Source: Candidatus Woesearchaeota archaeon
Lineage (GTDB): Archaea; Nanobdellota; Nanobdellia; Woesearchaeales; ARS49
Reading direction: 5' to 3'
Assembly: GCA_038884575.1 (NCBI GenBank)
Contig: JAWABQ010000002.1
Location: forward strand, 16,893 to 80,892
Length of the DNA: 64,000 nucleotides
The translations under genes and the position numbers were made by a program. Numbering within the stretch: position 1 is the stretch's first letter; every line of letters starts with the position of its first letter. Under the pieces are notes generated by a model, which was not told the DNA's origin, did not search any database, and saw only the letters and a program-made list of their open reading frames with translations. Shown piece by piece: positions 1 through 8,845 of the stretch.

Positions 1-1667
1 ACATAATCAGCAACCTGAAGCATTTCAAGCTTTAATGATACTCCAAGATTAACAAGCTCTTTCAGGACGCCGGAGCCTTTTTCGCGATAGTCAGCAAACA
101 CAATGGCTGGCTGTTCTGGCTTTTCATACTTCATCAACGGGTGCGCAAAGCGCCTTCCCAAATCCTTTCTCAAATCATCAAGGACCCTGTGCATTCTTTT
201 TTCCTTGTGGTGCGCGCTCCACCTGTAGCCCTCATCCCTTGTGTTTTGAGCCATAAGGACAACAACACTGCCTTTTTCCTGCCTTCCTGTCCTTCCGCGG
301 CGCTGTATAGTCCTTATTGCAGAAGGAATTGGCTCGTAAAACACAACAAGGTCAACACAAGGAATGTCAAGGCCTTCCTCTGCAACACTGGTGCAAATCA
401 AAACATTGTACAATCCGTCCTTGAACTGCTCAATCATCTCAATCTGCTTCTTCTGGCTGAGCCCTGTGTCGCCTTTTTTCGCCTGCCCGACAAAAATCGC
501 AGGAACAACACCCTGCGCTTTCTCAATCTCTTCCTTGATTTTTACTGCGCTGTCACGGAACTGGGTGAAAAGCAAAATTTTCGCTTTTTTGTTCTCTGAA
601 ACAGCCCTTGCGACAATTCCGCGGGCAACAGCAAGCTTTGGGTGCTCTATCTTTTCATCAACCAGTTTTTGCGCCTTGACAAAAGCAGTGCGGAAGTTCA
701 AGTCCTTTGCAAGGTTCTTGACCGCCTTTACCTTGCTTGTCTCTGCCTCTGACATCAGTTTTTCAAGATACTTGTACAGGGCAGTGCTTCCCTGGCTTTC
801 CAAAAGCTCCAATGCATGCTGGACTTTCATTGCCTCTGCTGCCAATGACAAAGCCCTCATTGTCTCAAAGCCGCGCTCACCAGCAGCAAGCCTTGCATGA
901 AGCTCTGCCTGCAGACCAAGAAGCTCTTTTTTGCTGAAATAATCAACAGGCTTTGCAACCCCAAGCTCTCTCAAAGAGGCAAGCTTGCTCTTTATGCAGT
1001 TCTCGAGGTATTTCTTGACATCAAGGAATTCTGCCGGCAGAGGAACTTTTACCCATTGCACATCTGTTTCCTGCACGTAAGGGCGGACATCAGGGTCTGA
1101 ATCTGTGCGGATTTCAACAGCCTCAATGAAAAGGTTCTTGCACACCTCCTCAATCTTCAAAACATCAGAGCCTGGAGACGCAGTCAAGGCAAGGATTCTG
1201 GGATATTTTGCCTTGGCATTGTACTGCTTTGCTATGAAATTATAGCTGTAATCGCCTGTTGCCCTGTGAGCCTCGTCAAACACGATTAATGAGACATCTG
1301 CCAGTGAGATTTTGTCAGACATGATGTCATTTTCCAATCCCTGCGGTGTTGAAAAAACAACTTTTGCCTTCTGCCACATCTCATGCCTTTTTGCAGGCGC
1401 AACCTCGCCTGTGAACAATGCAAAGCCATCCTCGGGCAATTGGATATTCTGCCTGAAGGTCTGCAAGTGCTGTTCTGCCAAGGGCTTTGTGGGAGCCAGA
1501 AGAAGAATTTTTGACAAAGGAAAATGCTGCAATCTTTGGGCTGCAAGCATAAATGCAATTGCAGTCTTGCCCATTCCTGTCGGAAGCACAACAAGGGTGT
1601 TCCTGGTTGCTGCTGTTGAAAGAATAGTTTCCTGATACAATCTCGGCTTGAACCCATTCACAAGCAT
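1..1667 (-). CDS. hef: Hef helicase/ERCC4 nuclease (5' part; runs off window start)
   Basis: Not in the ORF track. Reverse strand from ATG 1667 reads MLVNGFKPRLYQETIL...VVLPTGMGKT (motif I), then FDEAHRA, LALTASPG, ATSVAEEGLDIP and QRRGRTGR. Start of the ERCC4 domain (VFADYREKGSGV) lies near position 100. Confidence 0.92.
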   Translation of the reverse strand, partial: MLVNGFKPRLYQETILSTAATRNTLVVLPTGMGKTAIAFMLAAQRLQHFPLSKILLLAPTKPLAEQHLQTFRQNIQLPEDGFALFTGEVAPAKRHEMWQKAKVVFSTPQGLENDIMSDKISLADVSLIVFDEAHRATGDYSYNFIAKQYNAKAKYPRILALTASPGSDVLKIEEVCKNLFIEAVEIRTDSDPDVRPYVQETDVQWVKVPLPAEFLDVKKYLENCIKSKLASLRELGVAKPVDYFSKKELLGLQAELHARLAAGERGFETMRALSLAAEAMKVQHALELLESQGSTALYKYLEKLMSEAETSKVKAVKNLAKDLNFRTAFVKAQKLVDEKIEHPKLAVARGIVARAVSENKKAKILLFTQFRDSAVKIKEEIEKAQGVVPAIFVGQAKKGDTGLSQKKQIEMIEQFKDGLYNVLICTSVAEEGLDIPCVDLVVFYEPIPSAIRTIQRRGRTGRQEKGSVVVLMAQNTRDEGYRWSAHHKEKRMHRVLDDLRKDLGRRFAHPLMKYEKPEQPAIVFADYREKGSGVLKELVNLGVSLKLEMLQVADY

Positions 1668-1729
1668 GGCAAAAACAGCAGGCATTTCTGTTTAAAAGCC
1701 TTACGCGGGCATTTTAGAGTGTCCAGTGG

Positions 1730-2062
1730 TTATGTGCTTCTAATCCACTTTTCCTTATGGACAACATAGCTTAGGAGGATGCCAATAACATAAAGTATCA
1801 CAATCACGCGCCTGTCTGTGTTGATGCTCCCTATTATTATCCCGAGCAGTACGGCAAGGGTGACTATTGATATGTAAAGCGTGTTCATGTGCTTCTTTAT
1901 CCTTGTGTACCAGAACCTTCCAAGTATTGCGCCGATAAGGAAGGCAACAGCATATGCAGTGCCGACATAAGCGCCCCTTGCTGAAAGATAGAACGCAATT
2001 ATCAGAAATGCGCCTGCCACGTATTCAACCCAGAATGACTCCCATTGTGCTTTTTTGTCCAT
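1730..2062 (-). CDS. small 4-TM membrane protein, hypothetical
   Basis: 110-aa ORF with hydrophobic helices; start overlaps the stop of the upstream ORF. Confidence 0.75.
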   Translation of the reverse strand: MDKKAQWESFWVEYVAGAFLIIAFYLSARGAYVGTAYAVAFLIGAILGRFWYTRIKKHMNTLYISIVTLAVLLGIIIGSINTDRRVIVILYVIGILLSYVVHKEKWIRST

Positions 2063-2793
2063 TATTTCACCAGCGCGTCAAATGCAAGCCAGCACAAAAA
2101 GCCAATTACCAGCGCAAGCATTATGCTCCACAGCAGGCTGATGTGCGCAATCAAATAAAGTATGAGGAATGCGAGCATTGCAAATATTGCGAACACAAAA
2201 ACAAACCCGTAAATCCTTGAAGCCGCAAAAACATGCACTCCGTCCAAAGGGGGAATTGGGATGATGCAGTAAAGGGCAAACAAGAGGCTGAACTCAAAAA
2301 GCCCTGCAAACAATGCAGGGGCGGCAAGCTGGAGCAAAAAGCCGATTACAACTGCAGCTACAGGGCCTGAGAATGCAACACGCCCTATCGGGAAAAGGCT
2401 TGGACCATACCTGTGCTCTCCAAGCCGATGCACTGCAAGAAAATGCGCCTGCATTGCACTCGCTGCCAGTATTATCACCTTGCCGTTGGAGAGCAACACG
2501 CCAAGCACCCCTGCAAGCAGCCCTGCCCACCAAATCCTGTGCTCAATGCGGTAGCCAAAGAAAATGCCGTACAGGCGCTGGGCAGAATGGTGAACGAACA
2601 CAACAATTGCGACCATTATTACTGCAACAAGGAAGTTCTTAATCCCTGCTGCAAATTCAAACCTTGTTTCGCCCCACTGCGTAAAAGACCAGAAGAACGC
2701 AAAAGCAAGCACCATTACAATGAAATTGTTCCACTCAGTCTTTGAGAAAGGAAAATACCTTTTGACCTTATCCTTGTAATTCGCCCAGGACAT
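2062..2793 (-). CDS. site-2 protease (M50)-like membrane protein with degenerate active site
   Basis: TM pattern, VAFSGP and IPIPPLDG motifs; the HExxH position reads HHSAQ. Confidence 0.75.
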   Translation of the reverse strand: MSWANYKDKVKRYFPFSKTEWNNFIVMVLAFAFFWSFTQWGETRFEFAAGIKNFLVAVIMVAIVVFVHHSAQRLYGIFFGYRIEHRIWWAGLLAGVLGVLLSNGKVIILAASAMQAHFLAVHRLGEHRYGPSLFPIGRVAFSGPVAAVVIGFLLQLAAPALFAGLFEFSLLFALYCIIPIPPLDGVHVFAASRIYGFVFVFAIFAMLAFLILYLIAHISLLWSIMLALVIGFLCWLAFDALVK

Positions 2794-2889
2794 GCTGTGG
2801 GTTTCTTTTTATTAAGTATATAAATTATGCTAGTTGCGCACAGCGATAAAGACACTCGCTCCGAGTTCGGCTCTCCACAAGCTCGAGCC

Positions 2890-3600
2890 TCACTCAGTCG
2901 CTCGGAAAGCAACAGAATTATATTTTCGAAGTTCTTCCCTGACAAGCTGAATAAGCTCTTTTTCGTGGCCTGCGCCGACAACAGCAACAATTCTCTTATC
3001 AGGATTGTTTGCCATGAGGTATGCAAGGTTTTTTGCCATCACATGGTTGCGCTCTGTCACAAGGACCCTGTACATATTCGGGTAGCGCTTCTTGACCTGC
3101 CTTATCATCCTGCCTATTAATTTCTGGCTTGGCACAGTGCTAAGGTCAAAATCAAACTCGCTCTTCCTGAGGATTAGCCCTTTGATAACATCAACGAACA
3201 AATTCCATTTTTCCTTCCAGCTCATTGCCTGCGAGAAGCGCTTGAGGGTTATTTCAATGTCCTGGTCAACAAGCGCAATTGGAATGTTCAGCGCTTTTGC
3301 AGCCCTTACAGCCTGCATCATCTCTGCGCCAGGCTTCATCCCTACTTTTTCACCAAGCTTTTTCTCAACCCAGGCGCCAATGATGCTGAAAAGCCAGCCC
3401 TTGAAGCCAATCCGCCTTATGTCCTTCCAGCCAAGCCCTTTCTTTTGCGGGTGAAGCAGGGCATAAAGGCGCTTCCTATCAAGCTCCAAAGCGACAACTG
3501 CAGGCTTCTCATCCTGTATTGCGCTGGCCACTTCTGCCACGCTCTCTGCAGCTATGTGCGATGTGCCAATGAGCGAAAGGTTGCGGTAATGCATGGTCAT
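2890..3600 (-). CDS. TraB/PrgY family protein
   Basis: LIGTSHI, VALELD..R, G.EM, LVDQDI..T, ERN..MA and VVGAGH motifs. Confidence 0.9.
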   Translation of the reverse strand: MTMHYRNLSLIGTSHIAAESVAEVASAIQDEKPAVVALELDRKRLYALLHPQKKGLGWKDIRRIGFKGWLFSIIGAWVEKKLGEKVGMKPGAEMMQAVRAAKALNIPIALVDQDIEITLKRFSQAMSWKEKWNLFVDVIKGLILRKSEFDFDLSTVPSQKLIGRMIRQVKKRYPNMYRVLVTERNHVMAKNLAYLMANNPDKRIVAVVGAGHEKELIQLVREELRKYNSVAFRATE

Positions 3601-3625
3601 TGCAAGAAATGCACTGTTTAAATAT

Positions 3626-3961
3626 CTACCCTGCGCGGTACTTGAACTCGCTAAGCGTTATTTTGATAAGCTCACGCAAATACTTTATCCTGTCAAGCAC
3701 TGCCACGTCCTGGGTCTGGGTGCCAAGGTTGTCAAGCATTTCTGAAATCCTGATAAGCTCGTGAGGATTGTTCCTGAGCCCTGCCACGGTGAAGCTCTCA
3801 ATGGTTTGGATGTATGCAAGTATTGTTTCAGGGTCTGCAGAGCGCCTTTCAAGGAGAAGCTTCTTGATTTCATACAGGCAGGCAAGCACCCTGTCGACAA
3901 GGGTCCTGCGCGAAGTAACTTCAGACATAAGCATTTGTTTGCATAATGGGTTAATAAACAT
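3626..3961 (-). CDS. hypothetical helical protein (true start may be 3934 or 3928)
   Basis: Fills the gap between TraB and PRC-barrel genes; protein-like composition. Confidence 0.6.
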   Translation of the reverse strand: MFINPLCKQMLMSEVTSRRTLVDRVLACLYEIKKLLLERRSADPETILAYIQTIESFTVAGLRNNPHELIRISEMLDNLGTQTQDVAVLDRIKYLRELIKITLSEFKYRAG

Positions 3962-4038
3962 TCCTTTATGCCCAACACAAAATTTATATAGCTGTGACGC
4001 TCCAGAGTGACACTACTGCTCAAGAGGGAGGATGAATC

Positions 4039-4332
4039 ATGCTGAAAATGAAGAAAATCTCGGACACTTTTGACATGAAAGTTTTTACTGACACAGGCGA
4101 TTATTTCGGAGACATCGAGGAAGCGCTCCTTACGCAAAGCAAGGTTTATGGCTGGCGTGTCCGCGCCACAAAAAACTCATTCCTGAGCAAGGTGCTTGGC
4201 TCTGCAAAAGGGGTTGTCGTGCCGCACCAGCTTGTGAAGGCAATGGGCGACATAATGATAATCAGCAAGGCGGCAGTCCCTGCATACAGCGAGGAAGGCG
4301 AGGAAGAATCAGCACCTGCAGAAGCTGCCTAA
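4039..4332 (+). CDS. PRC-barrel domain protein (CdpB-like)
   Basis: VFTDTGDYFGDIEE...VVVPHQLVKAMGDIMII signature; SD GGAGG upstream. Confidence 0.88.
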   Translation: MLKMKKISDTFDMKVFTDTGDYFGDIEEALLTQSKVYGWRVRATKNSFLSKVLGSAKGVVVPHQLVKAMGDIMIISKAAVPAYSEEGEEESAPAEAA

Positions 4333-4371
4333 AGGTTTTTATTTAGCACTTGTTCTTTGTCTTTTCATTAT

Positions 4372-4442
4372 ACGGCGCTGGTCTAGTGGTATGACCTGAG
4401 CTTCCCAAGCTCATGGTGCGGGTTCGATTCCCGCGCGCCGTA
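4372..4442 (+). tRNA. tRNA-Gly(CCC)
   Basis: Cloverleaf with ACGGCGC/GCGCCGT acceptor stem, TGAGC-TTCCCAA-GCTCA anticodon arm and GCGGG-TTCGATT-CCCGC T arm. Confidence 0.95.
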
Positions 4443-4472
4443 TTCTGGCGCTGCGCCCGCGCCGTATCAGAA

Positions 4473-4904
4473 TTATTCCTTCCAAGGCTCAACTGTTGCA
4501 TAGAGGCTTTCTATGCCTTTTCTCAATGCTTTTCTTTCTGTGATTTTGTCATGGGTCGCAGGCAGGATTATCCAGCGCTTGTCCAAAGACGAATTCGGAT
4601 TTACAAAATAGACAGACAGATGGGGGTATTTTACCAGTTCTTGCCAGTTGCTTATGAGAAATTCTGCATTCTCCTTTGTGTTTGCCGTGACAAGTACAAT
4701 GTGCTTGTCTTTCAGGGAATCAAGCCTGCTGAGGTCAGAAAGCTCTGGCTGTATTATTACGTACTGGTTCTTCAGCGCGCCCTCAATAAATACATCAGCA
4801 TTTTCAGAGTCGCTTTTTATTGACTTTATGTGCTGGGTGATTACATCGCGGCTTTTCATGTACCCAACAATCCATTCCTTGAGAACTTCCTTTGTGCCTG
4901 CCAT
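4473..4904 (-). CDS. hypothetical protein
   Basis: ORF from MAGTKE at 4904; globular composition. Confidence 0.75.
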   Translation of the reverse strand: MAGTKEVLKEWIVGYMKSRDVITQHIKSIKSDSENADVFIEGALKNQYVIIQPELSDLSRLDSLKDKHIVLVTANTKENAEFLISNWQELVKYPHLSVYFVNPNSSLDKRWIILPATHDKITERKALRKGIESLYATVEPWKE

Positions 4905-5082
4905 ATCCTGCCTTTTTGAGCCCAAATATAAAAACATTTCTAGTATACGGAATGGTAACATTTATATATTAGTATAATAGTGATAAATATCCATGAGCGC
5001 GGGCAGCGCAGACATAATCTGCTGGTCCACGCTCACAATGTTCGCGCGGGAAAAAGAGGTAATATAGAGAGGTGCAGAGGGT

Positions 5083-5829
5083 ATGAGCGAAGAATTGCTG
5101 ATGCGCAAGGTTGTTTCTAACCTGGTTGAGCAGACCAATGGTGTAAGGCAGTCAGAGACGGTATCAAACGCGGACAACTTCAAGAAAATACTGCCCACGC
5201 TGCTTGAGAAAGGCCTGGACAACATCAACCTGTCCATGTTCAACGAGGTGACAAGAAGGCATGTCCTTAATGTCCTTGGTGACGAATACCAGCGCAAAGG
5301 CAAGCTCAATGATGCAGTAAAGGCGTTCATACTCGCAGGAAACAAGCTGAAGCTGACAGAAATCGGAGAGGACTATGAGCGCGTCGGGCTGTTCGGCAAT
5401 GCTGTTGACTGCTACAACCTTGCCGACAACCATGCAAAGCTGCTCAGGCTTGGAAACAAGTGCCTTGAGGATGGAAGGCTTGGTGATGCAATCAAGGCAT
5501 TCAGGGCAATAAATAATTCCGAGCGCCTGCTTAAGGTCGGAGACGACTGCCTTGCGCGCGGAAAATGGGACCACGCAATAGAGGTCTTCACAGCGGTCAG
5601 GAACCCTGCAAAGCTTGTCACGGTCGGAGACAAATGCGTCCAAGAAAACCAGCTAGGATACGCTCTCAAGGCATACGAGCTTGCAAATGACAAGGAAAAG
5701 CTCTCGTCGCTCGGCGATACCTGCCTGAGGGAAAACCTTTTCACAATGGCACTGCAGGCATACAAGCTTTCCGGCAATGAGATGATGGTGCAATTCATAA
5801 AGGAAAACTTTTCACACAAGATAGGGTGA
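5083..5829 (+). CDS. alpha-solenoid (TPR-like) repeat protein
   Basis: ~25-aa repeats KL..lGd.cl..g.l..A.kaf..a.n; SD GAGGTG. Confidence 0.8.
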   Translation: MSEELLMRKVVSNLVEQTNGVRQSETVSNADNFKKILPTLLEKGLDNINLSMFNEVTRRHVLNVLGDEYQRKGKLNDAVKAFILAGNKLKLTEIGEDYERVGLFGNAVDCYNLADNHAKLLRLGNKCLEDGRLGDAIKAFRAINNSERLLKVGDDCLARGKWDHAIEVFTAVRNPAKLVTVGDKCVQENQLGYALKAYELANDKEKLSSLGDTCLRENLFTMALQAYKLSGNEMMVQFIKENFSHKIG

Positions 5830-5833
5830 AGAA

Positions 5834-6106
5834 ATGAGATGCAACACACACAGGAAGGAGTTTGAAGGTGCTTGCAACTGGTGCGGCAAAAAGCTCTGCC
5901 CGATGTGCATAGCAAAGCAGGAAGGAAGGAAATACTACTGCGAGGCATGCGCTGTCGCACTTGTCCCGTTCAAGCGGGAAAGGCTTCCGGCAGTCGAAAT
6001 AACAAGGAAGCCAGAGATGCCTGTGGCGACAGGACAGCAGGAAACCGAGCCAGAAGTCAAGAGAAGATTTGTGCTCGGCAAGGACGGCTATTTTGAACTC
6101 AAGTGA
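5834..6106 (+). CDS. B-box-like zinc finger protein
   Basis: CxxH...CxxC...CxxC...CxxC pattern. Confidence 0.75.
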   Translation: MRCNTHRKEFEGACNWCGKKLCPMCIAKQEGRKYYCEACAVALVPFKRERLPAVEITRKPEMPVATGQQETEPEVKRRFVLGKDGYFELK

Positions 6107-6117
6107 GGAATGATGAC

Positions 6118-6576
6118 ATGGATGTAGAAAAATTACGCAGAATCAATATGCTAAGCTCAGAGCTGAAAAAACACGGAATGGCAGAATCATCCCAGGATGC
6201 TTACACGCAGGCGCAGCAAATGATACAAGTTATACCAAAAGACAGCGCACAAGAGTCGCAGGAAAGTATAATCGTAGAAACAGCGCCTGCTTATGATCCT
6301 TTGGCATCAAAGCAGTTCCAGCTGGAAATCGAGAAAATGCAGAAAGAGTTTTCCGGAGAGCTTGACGTGCTCAGGAATGCAATGAATCAGCTCATAACAG
6401 AAGTGAACTCCTTGCGTGAAGAGCTCAGCAAGGTGCAGACAGCACAGCCTCCAAAGCAGAAGGAAAAGCAGGCTGAGCTCAGGACCGAGGCAAAAGTCTC
6501 GCACCCAAGGCAGGGAGACTGGAAGCCAGGCGACGTGGACATACAAAAGATGTTCTACTACGGCACAAAAAAGTGA
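6118..6576 (+). CDS. hypothetical coiled-coil protein
   Basis: Heptad-rich central region; GTGAGG upstream of ATG 6118 (alternative GTG start 6103). Confidence 0.75.
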   Translation: MDVEKLRRINMLSSELKKHGMAESSQDAYTQAQQMIQVIPKDSAQESQESIIVETAPAYDPLASKQFQLEIEKMQKEFSGELDVLRNAMNQLITEVNSLREELSKVQTAQPPKQKEKQAELRTEAKVSHPRQGDWKPGDVDIQKMFYYGTKK

Positions 6577-6578
6577 GC

Positions 6579-7325
6579 TCAGTCGTTCTCAACGCGTGGA
6601 GCCAGGATAAAGCTCAGTAAAAGCTTGTCAACAACCTTGTATTCAAGCTTCAACGGATAATCCTGGTTGAAGTTGACGCTTACCGTGTCAGTGAGCTTGC
6701 CTGCCTGAATCATCTTCTTCAGGTATTCGATTGAGTACTTTGCCTTGACCTTTGCCTGGCTCTCTGTGGTGACCTTTGTGTCACTGCCGTGAGCCATCTC
6801 AATATGCGCCTTGCTCAGGTCGCCCTCTGCAGAGACAGAGAACTTGTTCGGCTCTGCTGCAAAAGTCACTGATTCAGCCACAATGTCAGCATCCTCGATT
6901 GCCTCGTTAAGCACTGTCGAGCTTGTCTGGACGCTGACAGGGAAAGTCAGGCTGGGAACCCTCTGCTCCTTTTCCTCAATGTCAATTATCGGCAGTGAGA
7001 AAGTGCGTATTGTGCTGCCCTTCAGGGTTATCTGGAGCTTGTTCTCGTCAGTAACCTGCAGGGTAAGAATGTCATTTGCCTTTGCCCTCCTCAAGACCTG
7101 CTTGAGGTTTGCAAGGTTTATTGCGAGTTCTGTCTCTTTTGGAACATCATATTCTGTGAAAGCGCTTGACAGCAGCTTGTAAACAACCATTGCCACGTTG
7201 GCAGGATCCATTGCGACCATTTCAAGGCCGTCCCTTGAGATCTTAAAGCGCGCTTCGTTGACCAGGTCGGAAATGACAGCTATGCTGTCCTTGAGATATG
7301 TTGGATCTGCCAAAACAAGTTTCAT
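6579..7325 (-). CDS. pcn: DNA polymerase sliding clamp PCNA
   Basis: AMDPANVAMV, KYSIEYLKKM, DYPLKLEY and FILAPRV motifs. Confidence 0.98.
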   Translation of the reverse strand: MKLVLADPTYLKDSIAVISDLVNEARFKISRDGLEMVAMDPANVAMVVYKLLSSAFTEYDVPKETELAINLANLKQVLRRAKANDILTLQVTDENKLQITLKGSTIRTFSLPIIDIEEKEQRVPSLTFPVSVQTSSTVLNEAIEDADIVAESVTFAAEPNKFSVSAEGDLSKAHIEMAHGSDTKVTTESQAKVKAKYSIEYLKKMIQAGKLTDTVSVNFNQDYPLKLEYKVVDKLLLSFILAPRVEND

Positions 7326-7377
7326 ATGCTCCCCCTCACTCCTGCGGAATAGTTAAACCTATATAAAGATTATTGTT

Positions 7378-8715
7378 TCAGACTATTTGTATTTTCTGCC
7401 CTGTGATTATGCCGTGGACTTTGTCGTGCTTGTAGCCCATTTCCTCTGCCAAGGCAATGAACGAGTCAATCCTGTGAGGCTCGCCATGTGTTGGAATGAT
7501 GTGCCTTGGCTTCAGCATGGTGATTATTTCCCTTATGTCCTCCCTGCTCGAGTGCCCTGAAACGTGAATATCAGAGAAGATCCTGACGCCAAGGCTTCTC
7601 AATTGCTCATCCATTTCAGCCCTGTTTTTCCTGTTGATATCAGCAGGAATCACTATGCAGGAAAAGACAACATGGTCGCCTGGGTTGAACTTGAAGTGGA
7701 GCTCGCCGCGGATTATCCTTGCAAGCGCAGACTTGGGCTCTCCCTGGTGCCCAGACATGACAATCAGGAACTTTTCCCTTCCACGCGCCTGTATTTCCTT
7801 GAGCTTTTTCTCAATCTGGCGCCTGTACTTCAGGATTTCGACATTTTCAAACTTTGTTATGCCTGCTGCCTCTGCTGCCCAGCAGTACTTTGCTATTGAG
7901 CGGCCCATAAAAACAACCTTTCTGCCCATTTTTTTGCCATATTCAGCAATCGCCTTTAATCTGGCAATGTGGCTGGCAAAAGTCGTGACAATCACTGCCT
8001 TTCCCTTGCTGTTCACACCCATAAGCACATCATCAAGCATGTCCTTTGCCACGGCCTCTGAAGGGGTCTTTCTTGCCTCAGGCGCATAAAGGCAGTCCTG
8101 GATTAGGAGCAATACGCCTTTTTCACCCAGCTTCTTGAAATGCTCATAGTTCGGCTTTGTGCCTATTCCAGGCCTGTCGTCAAGCTTATAGTCATTGCCA
8201 TAAATGATTGTCCCGTGCCTTGTGTGCAAAGTGATAAGGACATCCTGCGGTGTTGAGTGGGTTATTGCGCAGAACTCAAGCACAAGGTTATCGCCAATGG
8301 TGGTCCTCTGGTTTGGGTAAAGCGGGCTTATCTTGTTCGGCAGCTTGATGTTCTCGTCCTTGCATATGGACTTAAGGACTTCTGCTGTGAAAGGCGTGCA
8401 GATTATCGGCGCGTCATATTTTGCAGCAAGGTAAGGCACAGCGCCGATATGGTCAAGGTGGGCGTGCGATAGCACGATTGCAACAACATTTGCGCGCCAG
8501 TCCTTTATTGCGCTGTCCTGTGGCACTGCATCAACCCTCTTCAAGGCAGACTCGTTAATGCTCACTATCTCGCCTATCTCCTCCTCTGTGAGCTTGATGT
8601 AGTTGGGCATGTTCAGACCCATGTCAAGGATGACAACCTGGTCGTCAATCCTTATGGCAGTCATGTTCCTGCCAACCTCACCATAACCGCCTACTGCAAA
8701 CACTTCAACACCCAT
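7378..8715 (-). CDS. rnj: ribonuclease J (beta-CASP)
   Basis: GGYGEVGRNM, SHAHLDHIGA, TFASHIAR, GHQGEP, HVSGH and PTHG motifs. Confidence 0.96.
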   Translation of the reverse strand: MGVEVFAVGGYGEVGRNMTAIRIDDQVVILDMGLNMPNYIKLTEEEIGEIVSINESALKRVDAVPQDSAIKDWRANVVAIVLSHAHLDHIGAVPYLAAKYDAPIICTPFTAEVLKSICKDENIKLPNKISPLYPNQRTTIGDNLVLEFCAITHSTPQDVLITLHTRHGTIIYGNDYKLDDRPGIGTKPNYEHFKKLGEKGVLLLIQDCLYAPEARKTPSEAVAKDMLDDVLMGVNSKGKAVIVTTFASHIARLKAIAEYGKKMGRKVVFMGRSIAKYCWAAEAAGITKFENVEILKYRRQIEKKLKEIQARGREKFLIVMSGHQGEPKSALARIIRGELHFKFNPGDHVVFSCIVIPADINRKNRAEMDEQLRSLGVRIFSDIHVSGHSSREDIREIITMLKPRHIIPTHGEPHRIDSFIALAEEMGYKHDKVHGIITGQKIQIV

Positions 8716-8845
8716 TTTTTTGCCTCATTCCCAGCTTATTCCCAAGCAGGGACAGGGAACTGGCAGGACTCGCCGACTATAAAAACATTTGCCTGGGACT
8801 CATGGGAACGAAAGGCATTTGAAGGGTAGAAATGGGTTTATTAAA

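Noticed and set aside
141..1657. Short ORFs listed in the track over the first 1.7 kb
   Set aside because: Shadows of the minus-strand Hef gene, which the track misses because it runs off the window.
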